The notes below the pieces were generated by a model. That model worked only from the letters and a program-made list of their open reading frames with translations. It made no database searches and was not told the origin of the DNA. 64,000 bases of DNA, taken from contig NC_043002.1 in the NCBI RefSeq assembly GCF_006345805.1, forward strand, positions 87,172,001 to 87,236,000, given 5' to 3'. Made by a program: the position numbers and the translations under genes. Positions 1 to 13,702 of the stretch are shown piece after piece. Position 1 is the stretch's first letter. Every line of letters starts with the position of its first letter. The stretch is from Octopus sinensis (lineage: Eukaryota).

Positions 1-52
1 CTATCTATCTATCTATCTACCTACCTACCTACCTAACTACCAACCTACCTAC

Positions 53-141
<89 letters not shown>

Positions 142-162
142 CATCCATCTATCTATCTATCT
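1..162. repeat. (CTAT)n/(CTAC)n tetranucleotide microsatellite
   Basis: Direct reading of tandem ctat/ctac units. Confidence 0.97.
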
Positions 163-347
163 AAATGTCACATACGTACATATGCAGAACAACTTCAAGT
201 CATGCTCACACATATGTGTATGTGTGCATGTATGCATATACCTGTCCTTGACAGACAAACACACTTCATTATGAACAAACTAAGCATAAAACTTGAATTA
301 AAAATAAACGAATCATCTTGAGTGTCTAAATGTCAGAATAATATTAT

Positions 348-692
348 GGAGGCGCATGGCTCAGTGGTTAGAGCGTCGAGCTTACGATCGTGAGGTTGTG
401 AGCTCGAATCCCGGACCGGGCTGCGTGTTGTGTTCTTGAGCAAGACACTTTATTTCAGGTTGCTCCAGTTCACTCAGCTGTAGAAATGAGTTGCGACGTC
501 ACTGGTGCCAAGCTGTATCGACCTTTGTCTTTCCCTTGGATAACACTGGTGGCGTGGAGAGGGGAGGCCGGTATGCATGGGCGACTGCTGGTCTTCCATA
601 AAACAACCTTGCCCAGACTTGTGCCTCAGAGGGTAACTCTCTAGGTGCAAACCCATGGTCACTCATGACCGATGGGGGTCTTTACCCCTTTT
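348..692 (+). mobile_element. tRNA-derived SINE, family C (head plus ttgagcaagacactt...gttgctccag core), tail type 1
   Basis: A-box-like TGGCTCAGTGG at about 357 and B-box-like GCTCGAATCCC at about 402. The same head/core recurs at 28820, 24180 and (minus) 52270. Confidence 0.8.
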
Positions 693-869
693 TTTAATAT
701 GAAAGAACTTATTATTATGAAGGAAAATTTTTTGCTATTTTTATGTACTTACACTCACCTCTGTTCTGTTTGAATCACCTGATAAGAGTAAAGAACTTCG
801 AATTTATTGGATATGGATCAGGCTATTGATGTAATAAAGAGAGACGTAGAAAGTACACAGATCCGCACA

Positions 870-934
870 TACGTATACAGGTACACACACACAACACACA
901 CACACACACATACACACAGACACTGAGTCACACA

Positions 935-968
<34 letters not shown>

Positions 969-1123
969 ACACACACACACACACTGAGTCACGCAAACAC
1001 GCATATATATATATATACATGGCTCAAAGTCACACGCATATATACGCTCACACAGGCAGACATGCATATACTCATGTATACGCATGCACATGTATATATT
1101 CACTCTCTCCCTTTCTCTCACTG

Positions 1124-1158
<35 letters not shown>

Positions 1159-1390
1159 AACACACACACACACACACGCACGCACACATACATATACACA
1201 CACAATTTTATTCTGAAGCACATACACAAAAATATGTGTATATGGACGTATGTATATGTGTTGTGCTTGTGTGTGTGTACTCATTCATTCAGAAGCACAC
1301 ACACTCTTACACAACATGCGTATACACACAACATGCGTACACACACAACATGTGTACACACATACACACACACACACACCACACATATCA
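870..1390. repeat. (CA)n/(TA)n compound microsatellite
   Basis: Tandem ca/ta units. Explains the THTH/VCVC ORFs. Confidence 0.95.
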
Positions 1391-2699
1391 AAAGGATGTT
1401 ACTACTGAAGTGTTCTCACGTAGTGGTAATGGAAATGAGATGATATCTAGGCCGGTAGTGACCCCCTATATTTCAGCTCACGGAAAGGAGTGGTTAACAG
1501 AGTCTTGTCACACCCTCATACACGCATCCGCGCCGATGCTTGGATTTTGTATTAAATTTATATCACTCTGCAATGTGGAAACCTTTGGCGTACGTTACAA
1601 ACCATTTTTACCAATATAACGGGTTAATTATGTGTTTTCAATTCCTTGTTCAGTCCAAAGTTTAAGGATAAGCAATAGATTTTGGCTTTGCTCTCTGACG
1701 CTTATACCACCAGAATTCTAGACTCTTGACAATGTGACAAGACATGATTTATCAAGTTCAGTCTTCCAATGATTGCACTTCAGATTTCTAGGGACAGCTT
1801 AACCACAGAGCGTCCAGAAGTGTTGCTGCAAATCAATTGTTGTCACTGTAAGTGCAATATTGTCTTTGGTAAATTGTTAGAAAGAAGTTTGAATAGAAGT
1901 TTTGCTTTTGCCACCCAATAAAGAAGGTATTTCATCAACTTAAGTGTTGTTCATGATGCTGTGATACACATTCTTCTGATCATTCACAAATCCTAATTCA
2001 TTTTCAACTACAGACTGATTTAAGGTTTAAGCATCATATTTAGTTCCCCGAAAGTTATTATTTTTTTTTGGTGATACCTTCATGTTGTCTTCTGGTCTAT
2101 CCAGAGGCTGAACTCGACGGAACGTTTTAGAGAGCTTGGTTACAGATTTCAGAGCCGAAGTCAAGGAACACATTTTCATCTTGTCTTCTGGATTGCTTCA
2201 CGACTCTTCTGGCATATCGTTTTTGTAGTTTTTCAAGATATCCGTTTCGGCATTGTCTATAGGGTTGATCAATTTCACAGGCCTGTAAGCATGATTCCTG
2301 ACAACTGTCTTATGTGACTTGTAAATCAAGGGACAGCTACTTCTTCCAGAGTCTTTTACCAATGTTTATAGTGTAGTTCACATGTTTCTTGGGTTATTTT
2401 GTACACTTTGATTGCAAAGTCTTGGAGATCGTAAAACGATACCTATCCCTGAATATTTCGGAGGAGATTACCTACCAATTTGTGTGGAAATTGAGGCAAG
2501 CTTGAAAACAGTTTTCTAACGTAATTTTGGCGTGCTAATTTCAGATACAAATCTTCTCATCACTTCTAGTTTTTGAGATGTACACTATTATACTTTTGCG
2601 ACAATTCACGTAACCATATCTATGATAATGTTTTATTTTCTTTTCTAAATTTTTGTGATACATATGATACACATCTATACAACGGCTTCAGGCACTTTA

Positions 2700-3325
2700 A
2701 AACACCGTGGATGCATCAACAAGGTAAATTCATTCAGCTACGTGTGTGAGGATTTCACGACAGTTGCACAGCGCCGAACAATTACTTTCCTCCTGAGAAC
2801 TGTTTACTGTCATTATTTTGACTGTTAAATTGGAGATGAGGACAAATCCTGGGCCCTACAGATCTGTTGTAAACCCTGCTACAATGGACTAACTGCATGG
2901 ATTAACAGCAAGAAAGTAACCTTTAACTTTGCTGACCCAATGGTTTGAAGAGAATCACGAAGCCATGCAAAGAATTGTTATTTATGTCTAACAAATATAA
3001 CAGGTTTCAATGCTTCTTCTAGGAAAAAGATCAAATATCCCAACCTTTCCTCAGCTATGAGACCTGTTCCCCACTCAGATAATCCCCCTGTCCCTACACC
3101 CTTAGCAAATAAAGATCTTCTTCCTTCATCAAATGAAGAAATGCTTTCAAGGAAAGATTCTATCAAGTCGATCTCTTCTTAAGACAATGTCTCTGTTTTT
3201 TCAGGTGCAAATGACGATGGGCCCCACTGGATCACGTAGGAAGACCTGAATGACCTTGCCCGTGGTTTGTATCTATCTAAGTAGCTGTCAGAGCTCCTGG
3301 CATCACGGTTTAAGCAGTAAAAAAC
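2700..3325 (+). pseudogene. Degenerate DNA-transposon transposase N-terminus, probably Chapaev/CMC-like
   Basis: Translated fragments RGCINKVNSFSYVCEDFTTVAQRRTIT, NCYLCLTNITGFNASSRKKIKYPNLSSAMRPVPHS and PHWIT*EDLNDLARGLYLSK*LSELLASRFKQ match the recalled motifs FCYICG, CYFC...SAxRPVPH and LNDLVRDLxLSK...LLxSRL. Stops and frameshifts are present. Superfamily assignment is from memory. Confidence 0.65.
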
Positions 3326-3939
3326 ACCTATTCACACACTTACCTCAGAGACAAATAATGTAAATCAGTGTAATTAGAGTTTTTGATGCCGAAACTATCA
3401 GAGATTTTAGTCCCTTTTAAGTTACAAGCTAAGAGATTCGGCCAACCAAATATTCCAGCTATAGGCCACTGTATGAGTGGGGTCGTCCTACAAAACTTGG
3501 CAATGTGATTAGCTGGTTAGCAATACTTGGGTAACTTCAGAGTTAATGTCATCTTAAAAATGCATGTAACCTTCTGCTTTTAATGTCTTTTTTTTTCGCA
3601 TGAAGCCTGACCTGTCTGTCTTAGTTTTAGTATTCATGTCCATAGCTGGTTACTTTTTTGAATCACGAAACTTGGTTATCCGTACAATGTGCTGCTGAGT
3701 GTGCTAAAAGGATCCAGTTTAGCTATTGGCTAAAAATACTCTGCTTGCAACGCCAGTTTACGAAAAGTTCGAAGGGAAAAATTACGTAATATTTGTGGTT
3801 TAGACATTAGAGTGACACTTCATCAGACTTACATCAGAGGTGCATTCTTATATTGTTTTTTGCTTATATCGGGAGGAAACGAAATGTGAATAAAAGTATG
3901 CTTAGAAGATGAATAATTGCTAGAGATCATGTGGGAAGG

Positions 3940-4120
3940 ATGAAGAAGAAGAAGAAGAAGAAGGAGAAGAAGAAGAAGAAGGAGAAGAAGAAGAAGAAGA
4001 AGAAGTATAAGAAGAAGAAGAAGAAGAAGAATAAGGATAAGGAGGAGGACGAGGAGAAGAAGAAGGAGGGGGAGGAGGATGAGGGGTGTAGGAGGGGAGG
4101 AGGAGGACGATGACGACGAC
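3940..4120. repeat. (GAA)n/(GAG)n trinucleotide tract
   Basis: Direct reading. Source of the poly-K/poly-F ORFs. Confidence 0.95.
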
Positions 4121-5114
4121 GACTAAAAAGTGGGGGAAGGATTAAGGACATGAAGAAATGAAGAAAAGAATATATAGCTGATCAGTGTATTTGGATGAAA
4201 GATTCTCAGAATGGTCGATCAGTACGTTGTCACCGGTTTCAAATTTCATTTGATGAGTGAAAAACTATTTCAGTTTACCACTAGCGACAACATTAAACAG
4301 ATAAAAGGAAAAGACGGATGAAATTGGTTTGCAATGACAACAGCGATTGCCAGAATACTTACTTATAGTGAGAAGATGGTGATGAGAAGAAAAAATAAAT
4401 AATGATAAAAATAATGATATTGGTGATGTGTGTGGTAGGGGAAATGATATGGGTGGTAGGAAATGGACATACTGAAATTTTGAAGTTCAAATTTATTTAA
4501 AAATTTTTTTCTTTATTTTCTCTATTTTATTTATCTTCGATTCATTTAAGCTATATTCGTTCAAAACAAACATATTTTATAAATTTCTTTGGCCACTTTT
4601 CAGTTAAATTCTAAATTCTAGGCTTTTGCTATAATTCATCTGAGCACAAACACTCCCGTTAGCTTTCCCTCTCTGTTTTTCATTTCTTTTTTTCCTTTTC
4701 ATGTCTCCTCATATCCATTTCTACGATCACCGGAATACTTCTGTTGGTTATCATGTGGTTTATGGAATAGTCCTACCACCCACATCATTTCCCCTACCAC
4801 ACACACCACCAATATCATTATTTTTTATCATTATTTATTTTTTCTTCTCATCACCATCTTCTCACTATAAGTAAGTATTCTGGCAATCGCTGTTGTCATT
4901 GCAAACCAATTTCATCCGTCTTTTCCTTTTATCTGTTTAATGTTGTCGCGAGTGGTAAACTGAAATAATTTTTCACTCATCAAATGAAATTTGAAACCGG
5001 TGAAAACGTACTGATCGACCATTCTGAGAATCTCTCATCCAAATACACTGATCAGCTATATATTGTCTTTTCTGCATTTCTTCATGTCCTTAATCCTTCC
5101 CCCACTCTTTAGTC
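4121..5114. repeat. Long inverted repeat: arms 4121-4461 and 4771-5114 (about 340 bp), spacer about 310 bp
   Basis: The right arm is the reverse complement of the left with about a dozen differences by eye, e.g. gggtggtagga (4451) / tcctaccaccc (4771) and gactaaaaagtgg (4121) / ccactctttagtc (5102). Confidence 0.95.
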
Positions 5115-5487
5115 CTCCTCCTCCTCCTCCTCCTCCTCCTATGTGGACTGTTCGGCTAATATTTCTTGCAAGTTGAACGACCACATTGAGGCTATGTACG
5201 CGTGGTTGTATGAATGTATGCGTGCAAGAATGTATGCAGCATGCATATATGTATGTATGCATGCTTGTGTGTATCTGCATATGTGTATATTTCATCTTCT
5301 GTGTTTGGAATTTTAGAGTTTATTTCAACAAGTCACCTACACAGTGGCAAGGTTAGAAAGAAATGATGTTTCTTTTCTTAAGGGGGAAAAAAAAAACGTT
5401 TCTTCTTTTTATCATTTTTCATGTGCAAAAGATCTTGCAGATTTATGTTATCCGAGATATCGTGATCATTTGCAACATAGAAATTCT

Positions 5488-6461
<974 letters not shown>

Positions 6462-7149
6462 GATATAGTGCATATTTAAACACAGAGAATCCACTTATAG
6501 GGATTCTACGCATTAGAAAGAACAGCTAAGTTCTATGACCAGAAAAAAATTTCGGGATAAAATTCGACAGGAATAAATTTGGAAATGAAAAACATTAACC
6601 ATCTAGTTTCCTGGACCAATTGGTTTCTAATCATCTTTTAGTGAGTCATGGAGAACTCACAAGGTTTGATTTTCTTCAGCAGGTTCAACCTAGTGCTAAA
6701 CATATCCACACGAGACAAACAAGGCTACCTGTCTCGTGTTTATACGAGCTAACTTTTCAAATCTACTGCGCAGACGCAGTCCTTCGTTGGCTACAATAAA
6801 AAACCGTCAACTTATTAACCGAAAATTATCCAAAAACTTACAGTATTTAATCATATCAAAGGGAAATGGAATTTAATTAAAATTAAAAACATTCAATTAA
6901 AATTTACATTTCCAGTGGTCTAATGCGTAAAATTTTTTTAGATATATATATATTTATATATTTATATATATATTCATATGTATGTATATATATGCATGCA
7001 TATATATACATACATATATACGTATGCATGTATATATATGTATATATGTATATATATATATGAATGTGTATATATATATATATATTCATACATAGATACA
7101 CACACAGATATACATATATACGTTAATCTAGAAACAGGAAATAGCTACT

Positions 7150-8540
7150 AAATACTTGATAAACACGAACAAAGATACCACCAAATCTCCACTTTGTGAT
7201 AGGTAATGTCGCTTCTGCAATACCAGTGTGAAAGATATCAACCACACCATCAACAGCTGCTCCTAAATGACTATGGGATACTACATGCCCCTGAGGTATG
7301 ATATATTGGCAAAGACTATTTACAACGCTGTCTGGAAAAAGGATTGCCCTGAGGTTTGCATCAAAAGTATGGTCAGAATCAGCATGTATTCACGTCTTTA
7401 AAAACAAGGAAACATGGCGGAACGCTCCAATCAAAATATCAATTCGGTGCAGACCTGGTATTGTTCTGTGGGACAAGGATCAAAATCATCCACTCTTGTA
7501 GAGGTCAGCTTCCCAGCGTTTATGAATGTATGATGAAAATTTCAGGAAAGCGAGAACATTTATGGTGAACTAATGCGGAACTTACAGCTCTTGTACCGTG
7601 ATTGCAAATGTAAATTCTCATTTGTATTGGGTTGTTCGGAAAGTTCGTGCCAATTTTTAAAAGAAAGAAAAAGGTAAAAAAATACTTACCATTACAATTT
7701 TAATCAACTAAATATGAACCATTTTGTTGCACAATGTGTCTCAATCTTTCCTTTAACTTGAAAATACCCTCTTCCCAGAATTGAGGTGGTTTCATGGCAA
7801 AGAATTCATCAAGGTATCTTTTTACATCACCTAAGGAATTGAAATTTTTACCATTAAGACTATTTTGTAGAGACCTGAATAACTGGAAATCCGAAGGAGC
7901 AATAACTGATGAATATGGAGGGTGGGGTAACACATCCCAGCCGAGCTGCAGCAATTTCTGCCTGGTTCTCAAAGCATCAAGTGCCAAAAATGAACTTTCT
8001 TATCTTCCATTATAAAGGGTTACAGAATTAACACAGGTTATAGGAACATAAACCTTCTTCCGCGAAAAGATAGCTTAAACTGTGCTCTAAATGGAGGTGT
8101 AGTCAAATCCTATTTTATGGACTCAACCATGTTCTAAAACAAGTCGAAAGGTAAGCTACTGTAAATCAGCACGAACTTTCCGGACAACCAAATACCTATC
8201 ATCAATAGTTGCATTTGGCTATGTACCTACAAATTTGCACAAAAACTTAGAAATGTTACGTTTTTCCAAGAAAGAGTAAAAGAAACTGACGCGGATTCTC
8301 CAAGTTCAATAAGTTAGCGGCACAGTGGTGATTTGTAAAACTTTGCAAAGATTCCCAATCTGAGCTTCTTTAGATGAAAAGACGCACACATTTGGGTGTG
8401 TGCAATGGCAGTTCAACCAACACACTAACTCAACCAGTTATTTACAAACATCGGGGACTCTCTTAACTCCCAAATTCTTGTCGCTTTGATAGTGACCCAC
8501 TTGAACTCTCTTAAGAACTTAAATAAAACTCAAAGAGAAA
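7150..8540 (+). mobile_element. 3' fragment of an RLE-type (R4-like) non-LTR retrotransposon, interrupted by a mariner derivative
   Basis: Fragments CRFCNTSVKDINHTINSCS (CCHC knuckle), RPGIVLWDKD...LVEVSFPA (PD-(D/E)xK-like) and ENIYGELMRNLQLL. The reading resumes after 8192 with PIINSCIW/FGYVPTNLHKNLEML-like text across a frameshift. Confidence 0.7.
7627..8192 (-). mobile_element. Internally deleted mariner element (about 566 bp) with the transposase C-terminus
   Basis: TIRs ttgggttgttcggaaagttcgtgc / gcacgaactttccggacaaccaaa flanked by TA. ORF 7700-7987 contains LPHPPYSSVIAPSDFQLFRSLQN (HPPYSPDLAPxD motif). Confidence 0.92.
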
Positions 8541-9070
8541 CCATACATACATGCACGCACACGCTCAAACATACACACAGACACACATACACGCACGCAC
8601 ACACAAATATATATGTATATATATATATGTATGTGTACGTCCAAGTATTCTTCTTCTTGTGTAATGAGTGTACATATTTCTTTAGTATGTGAAAATGTGT
8701 GATTACTTTTTATGTATGTATAAGTATGCAGTATGCACACATATGATTGTGTGGATATGTTCATACCAAGAAACTCGAAAGGAGAATCTTTGGAATTTCT
8801 TACTGTCCACTATTGTATCTGTACCCAATTAGATTAGAATGACGTGAAATGACTCTGAACTATCTTGACAAACATCAGTATTTCCAGGCCTTTATATAAC
8901 TTTGTTATTATACAATCCAGTGCATCCATGAAATGGAATTCTATAGTCTGTATAGAAGAGCTTAATCTTCTATATTTGTTTATTGTAAGTGTTCTCATTA
9001 TCTACAACTTCAGATGAAACATTCACATCTACTATGTAACTGACATTTCTAAAGCTAAATAAATTTTATC

Positions 9071-9498
9071 TCTTTACTCTTTTACTATTTTACTTGTTTC
9101 AGTCATTTGACTATGGCCATGTTGGAGCACCGCCTTTAGTCGAGCAAATCGACCCCAGGACTTATTCTTTGTAAGTCTAGTACTTATTCTATCGGTCTCT
9201 TTTGCCGAACCGCTAAGTTACGGGGACGTAAACACACCACCATCGGTTGTCAAGCGATGTTGGGGGAGGGACGAACACAGACACACAAACACATACATAT
9301 ATATATGTATACATATATATATGTATACATATATACGACAAGCTTCTTTCAGTTTCCGTCTACCAAATCTACTCACAAGGCTTTGGTCGGCCCGAAGTTA
9401 TAGTAGAAGACACTTTGCCAAGTTGCCACGCAGTGGGACTGAATCCGTAACCATGTGGTTGGTAAGCAAGCTACTTACCACACAACCACTCCTACGCC
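9071..9498 (-). mobile_element. tRNA-derived SINE, family B (ggcgtaggagtggctgtgtgg head, internal TA/TG microsatellite, (AGTAAAAG)n tail)
   Basis: High similarity to the copies at 11986, 16351, 32191, 35592 and 50312. Confidence 0.9.
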
Positions 9499-10002
9499 TA
9501 TCTGTGTAATAGAACAATATCAACTTTTTAGTGTTTGCAAAAAAATTTCTCCTTTAATTGGTATGTTCCACCAGTGTTTCTTAGTTTTGAAAGTTTTGAA
9601 TCTGTTGTGGTTGTGATGTGCTTTGGTATGTTATTGCTGTTTAACTGTACGTCATCTGTGATCCACTAACTCGATGATCAAAAACATTCCTGTCTTGGCC
9701 ATCTCGTCTTTTATTATCACGTACTGTATCCCTCATTATTTAAGACAAGAGGGTGAGATTCAGGGGGATATTTGGATGAAGCATTTAGCTGGTCTGCTGA
9801 TCGTTTAGTAGTTTCTTCGTGGTCATGTGATGATGCATAGCTTTCTATTTCAGGACGGAATAGAGGCCATTGTACTAATAGTAGAAATGGCATACACTAA
9901 CAACAGCGTATTCATCACCTTGAAGGATATTGGTGAGTCCATTAATCAGTTGAATGAACTCTTTTATGGTCTTGGCTGTTATTGTTGTTAGTTAGTTAGT
10001 TA

Positions 10003-10220
10003 GTTAATTTGGCTCAAAAGCAAATAGCAAGGCCATGTAGGGGGACATGGAGTTAAGTACAGGGTGGTGTTCATGTAAAGAGTTCAGGCCACTTGAGGTC
10101 AAGGGAGGCTTTGAATAAATCGGTCGTCGGCATCTTCACCATCTCGTCTGGCAGCTTGTTCCACGGATCCGCAACCCGGACGGAGAAAGCTCCTCTCCTT
10201 CGATTGAGATGAAATCGTCG
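10003..10220 (-). mobile_element. CR1-type LINE 3' end with (TAAC)n tail
   Basis: Minus strand translates RRFHLNRRRGAFSVRVADPWNKLPDEMVKMPTTDLFKASLDLKWPELFT*, a typical CR1 ORF2 C-terminus (FSxRVxxxWNxLP). Confidence 0.8.
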
Positions 10221-10477
10221 TTGTTATCTCAGATTTTAGGACATCTATGATCGGAAGTGATTACAAGTCTGATCATCTGTTTCACTTTTCAGACCAAATT
10301 GTACAAAATATCCTTCTTTCTTTTTCTTTAAGATAGTGTAATTTGAGGTAAATTTAGCTTTCATCTCTAGAAGATCGAATGACAAAGAATAGACACCCAG
10401 TAGGCTTACATGCATGGCAACAGTAGTAGTAACAACTATACAAGCACCACCACCACCACCACCAACACGTGCACCAG

Positions 10478-10680
10478 CATTTGACTGCAGCCATAATGGA
10501 ACATTGTCTTAGAGGATTTTAGTCGAACAAATAGACCCCAGGACTTTTGTTTTTAAGCCCAGCACTTATTCTATCGGCCCCTTTTGCCGAATCGCTAGGT
10601 CGCGGGGACGTAAACAAACCAACACTAGTTGTCAAGCAGTGATGGGGGACAAACACAGACACACAGACACACACACACAC
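10478..10680 (-). mobile_element. SINE family B, 3' half
   Basis: ttgactgcagccat...cttattctatcgg...ggggacgtaaac...gacacacag matches the family B 3' region. Confidence 0.75.
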
Positions 10681-10699
10681 TTGTGTGTGTGTGTATATA

Positions 10700-11934
10700 T
10701 CAGGTCATCCCATAAGTTCTGTCCGAATTTTGAATAAAGAAAACAAGTGATCAGATGTTATCTTTAATTGAAATTTAATCATCAATGTACTTTCCCTGAT
10801 TATCTATGACTTCCTTCCATCTATTTACAAGCTTTTTAATCCGATCAATGTAAAACTCTTTTGGTTTCAAAGCGAAGAACTTTAAAATGTCAGTTTCGAC
10901 CTCCTCCTGACTTGCGAAAGTTATGTCCCCCAAATGATTCTGTAAATTATGAAACAAATGGTAGTCTGCAGGAGCAAGGTCGGGAGAATAAGGTGGATGA
11001 GAAGCTTTTTCCCAACGAAGCTATTCGATCTTCTCTGATGTGATCTTTGCAGTGTGGGGTCGCGCATTGTCCTGATGAAACATCACTCCTTTTCGATTCA
11101 CTTGGTTCAAACGCTCTAATTGCTGACAGGAGACTTGAGCATTGATTGTTGCATTAGGTGGGAACAATTCAAAGTGAATTACTCCTTTGCAATCCCACCA
11201 GACAGAGAGAAGAACTTTTTTCCCATGAAGTTTCCTTTTTACCAAGATACTGTTTACGACGTTTAACGTTCCGATAGAAGATCCATTTTTCATCACCAGT
11301 CACAAGTCCATCCAAAAAGGGTGAAATGAGTTCGCGTGAATGGAGAGAAGAGCAGATGTCAACTCGAGATTTACGGTTGCTTTCGGACAATTCATGAGGC
11401 ACCAATTTTCCAAGTTTAGGAACCTTTCCAAGTTGTTGAAGATGACGATGAACAGTTGTATGGTTTAAACTAAGCTTTATTGCCAATTCTTCAACTTATA
11501 ATGCAGGATTTTCTTCAAGTAATGCCTCAAGGAGCTTATCATCAAACTCAAATGGACGTCCTGTTCGAACTTTATCTTCGAGGCTAAAATCTCCACTTCT
11601 GAATTTTGCAAACCATTTTATGCAAGTTTTTCCATTCAAGCATTCTATCCCCTAAATTGTGTGCACGTTTCGAGTCGCTTCGGCTGAAGAGTTTCCTTTC
11701 TTGTACTCATAAGTCGTTATGAGCCTTAAATGCTCTTGGGATACTTCCATGTTAGAAAGGGTTTTAATCAAAGGAATTTTATTTCTATTATTCTGTAAAA
11801 TAATATTTAATTAGTTTAAATGTACAGAAACGCATAAAAATAATTTTTAATTCCCTTAGACATTCTAGAATACTATTAAATTTCATTCGGTTTTAAAATA
11901 GGTAAAATCGGACAGAATCTATGGGATGACCTGA
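10700..11934 (-). mobile_element. Full-length (1235 bp) mariner DD34D element with a pseudogenised transposase (about 10775-11750)
   Basis: TIRs tcaggtcatcccataagttctgtccg / cggacagaatctatgggatgacctga with TA on both sides. ATG at 11750; motifs LVPHEL, LVTGDEKWIFY, FHQDNARPH, HPPYSPDLAPADY. In-frame stop and frameshifts. Confidence 0.95.
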
Positions 11935-11939
11935 TATAT

Positions 11940-11981
<42 letters not shown>

Positions 11982-11985
11982 ATAT

Positions 11986-12204
11986 TCTTTTGTTCTTTTA
12001 TTTGTTTCAGTCACTTGACTGCGGCCATGCTCGAGCACCGCCTTTAATCTAGCAAATCGACGCCAGGACTTATTCTTTGTAACCTTAGTACTTGTTCTAT
12101 CGGTCTTTTTTGCCGAACCGCTAATTTATGGGGACGTAAACACACTAGCATCGGTTGTCAAGCAATGTTGGGGGACAAACACAGATACACAAACATATAC
12201 ATAC

Positions 12205-12249
<45 letters not shown>

Positions 12250-12510
12250 ACGGGCTTCTTTCAGTTTCCGTCTACTAAATTCACTCACAAGACTTTGGTC
12301 GGCCCGTGGTTATAGTAGAAGACACTTTCCTAAGGCGCCACGCAGTGGGAATGAACCCGAAACCTTGTGGTTGGCAAGCAAGCTACTTACCACATAGCTA
12401 CTCCCGGGCTTCTTTCAGTTTCCGTCTACCAAATCCACTCACAAGGCTTTAGTCGGCCCGAGGCTATAGTAGAAGGGACTCGCCCAAGGTGCCACGCACT
12501 AGGACTGTAC
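11986..12510 (-). mobile_element. SINE family B plus a direct partial duplication of its 5' region (12405-12510)
   Basis: gggcttctttcagtttccgtctac occurs at both 12251 and 12406. Confidence 0.85.
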
Positions 12511-13325
12511 CCAAAGCAGTTTAACTGGCGCTCAACTGATCTTGCCAATAACCGCCCATTAATATTGATTAGCTGTTTTACATCAAGCACTGACCATGTG
12601 GTATTCTCATATTTTAATCACAAGTATATCTGATATATTCTCTGAAATTATTTTGATCGTTATCACCCTTTTATTATGTATTTCAGCAAAAAACGGAATT
12701 ATTATCTCCAATCTTAGCTGAGAAATGTCAATAGCAGTGATGAAAAACTGAATATGCTGGGGGCTTTTAGATGACATGCAATTTACATTGAAAAAGAAAT
12801 CTCCCTGCAACATCTTCTTAAGGAGCTTTTCTATAAACGTTTACTTAGACCTAGAATATACGAATACACGCAAGTGACACACGTCTGGACCAAAACATTT
12901 TACCATTGCTGGTTCACAGGAGCTTTAAAGCTTGTTCTTTATAAAAAGACCTGCTATTTTGACCCGAGCTTCGTTCGGGTTTTGGTGGTGGTGTTGTTTT
13001 GTGCGTGTTGTCTCCTTTTCCCTTTCTTCTTTTGTTCGTCTTCTTTGCCTTCCCCATATTCCTCACCATGGCAACCAAACGGTAGCCCCAAGCGACTTTC
13101 AACCCTCCTCACACCATTACCCACCCCATTTTACCCACCAGTGTAAATATTGACGCCAATCCGATCCCGTCTACCGCCCCTTAAACCGTTCCCATCTCCA
13201 AATGAGAAAAATAACCAAGAAATCAAACAAATTTTTCGCATTTCAGCTTTATAGATATTGATGTAAGCCACAGGGAGACTTACTGAGAGTTGCCAATTAA
13301 CAGGGATTAACAGGTATATATCTAT

Positions 13326-13702
13326 TTTCTTTTGCTTGTTTCAGTCATTAGACTCCGGCCATGCTGGGGCACCGCCTTGAAGAATTTTTAGTCGAACAAG
13401 TCGACCGCAGTACTGTTTTATTTTTAAGCTTGGTACACTAATTCTATCGGTTTCTTAACCGAACCGCTAAGTTACAGTGTCGTTAAACTCAGCAACACCG
13501 GTTGTCAAACGGTGATGAGGACAAACATAGAAACAGACTCACACACGACGAGCTTCTTTCGATTTCCGTCTACAAAATCCATTCACAAGGCTTTAGTAGG
13601 CCAAGGCTGTAGCAGAAGATACTTGTTTCAGGCACCACGCATTGGGATTGAACCTGGAACCATGTAGTTGAGAAGCAAACTTTTTACAGCACAGCCACGC
13701 CT
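13326..13702 (-). mobile_element. SINE family B, diverged copy
   Basis: ttgtttcagtcatt...gaaccgctaagttac...ggcaccacgcattggga...acagccacgcc. Confidence 0.8.

Noticed and set aside
348-420. tRNA-like sequences at SINE heads (also about 15830, 28820 and 61305)
   Set aside because: They have A/B boxes but no complete cloverleaf, and continue into repeat bodies, some with TSDs. They are SINE heads, not tRNA genes.
12870-13250. GC-richer unique segment with a small hairpin (acccga...tcgggt) and an RFX-like half site (ccatggcaac)
   Set aside because: A 6-bp stem and a half site are expected by chance, and there is no supporting exon or promoter structure.
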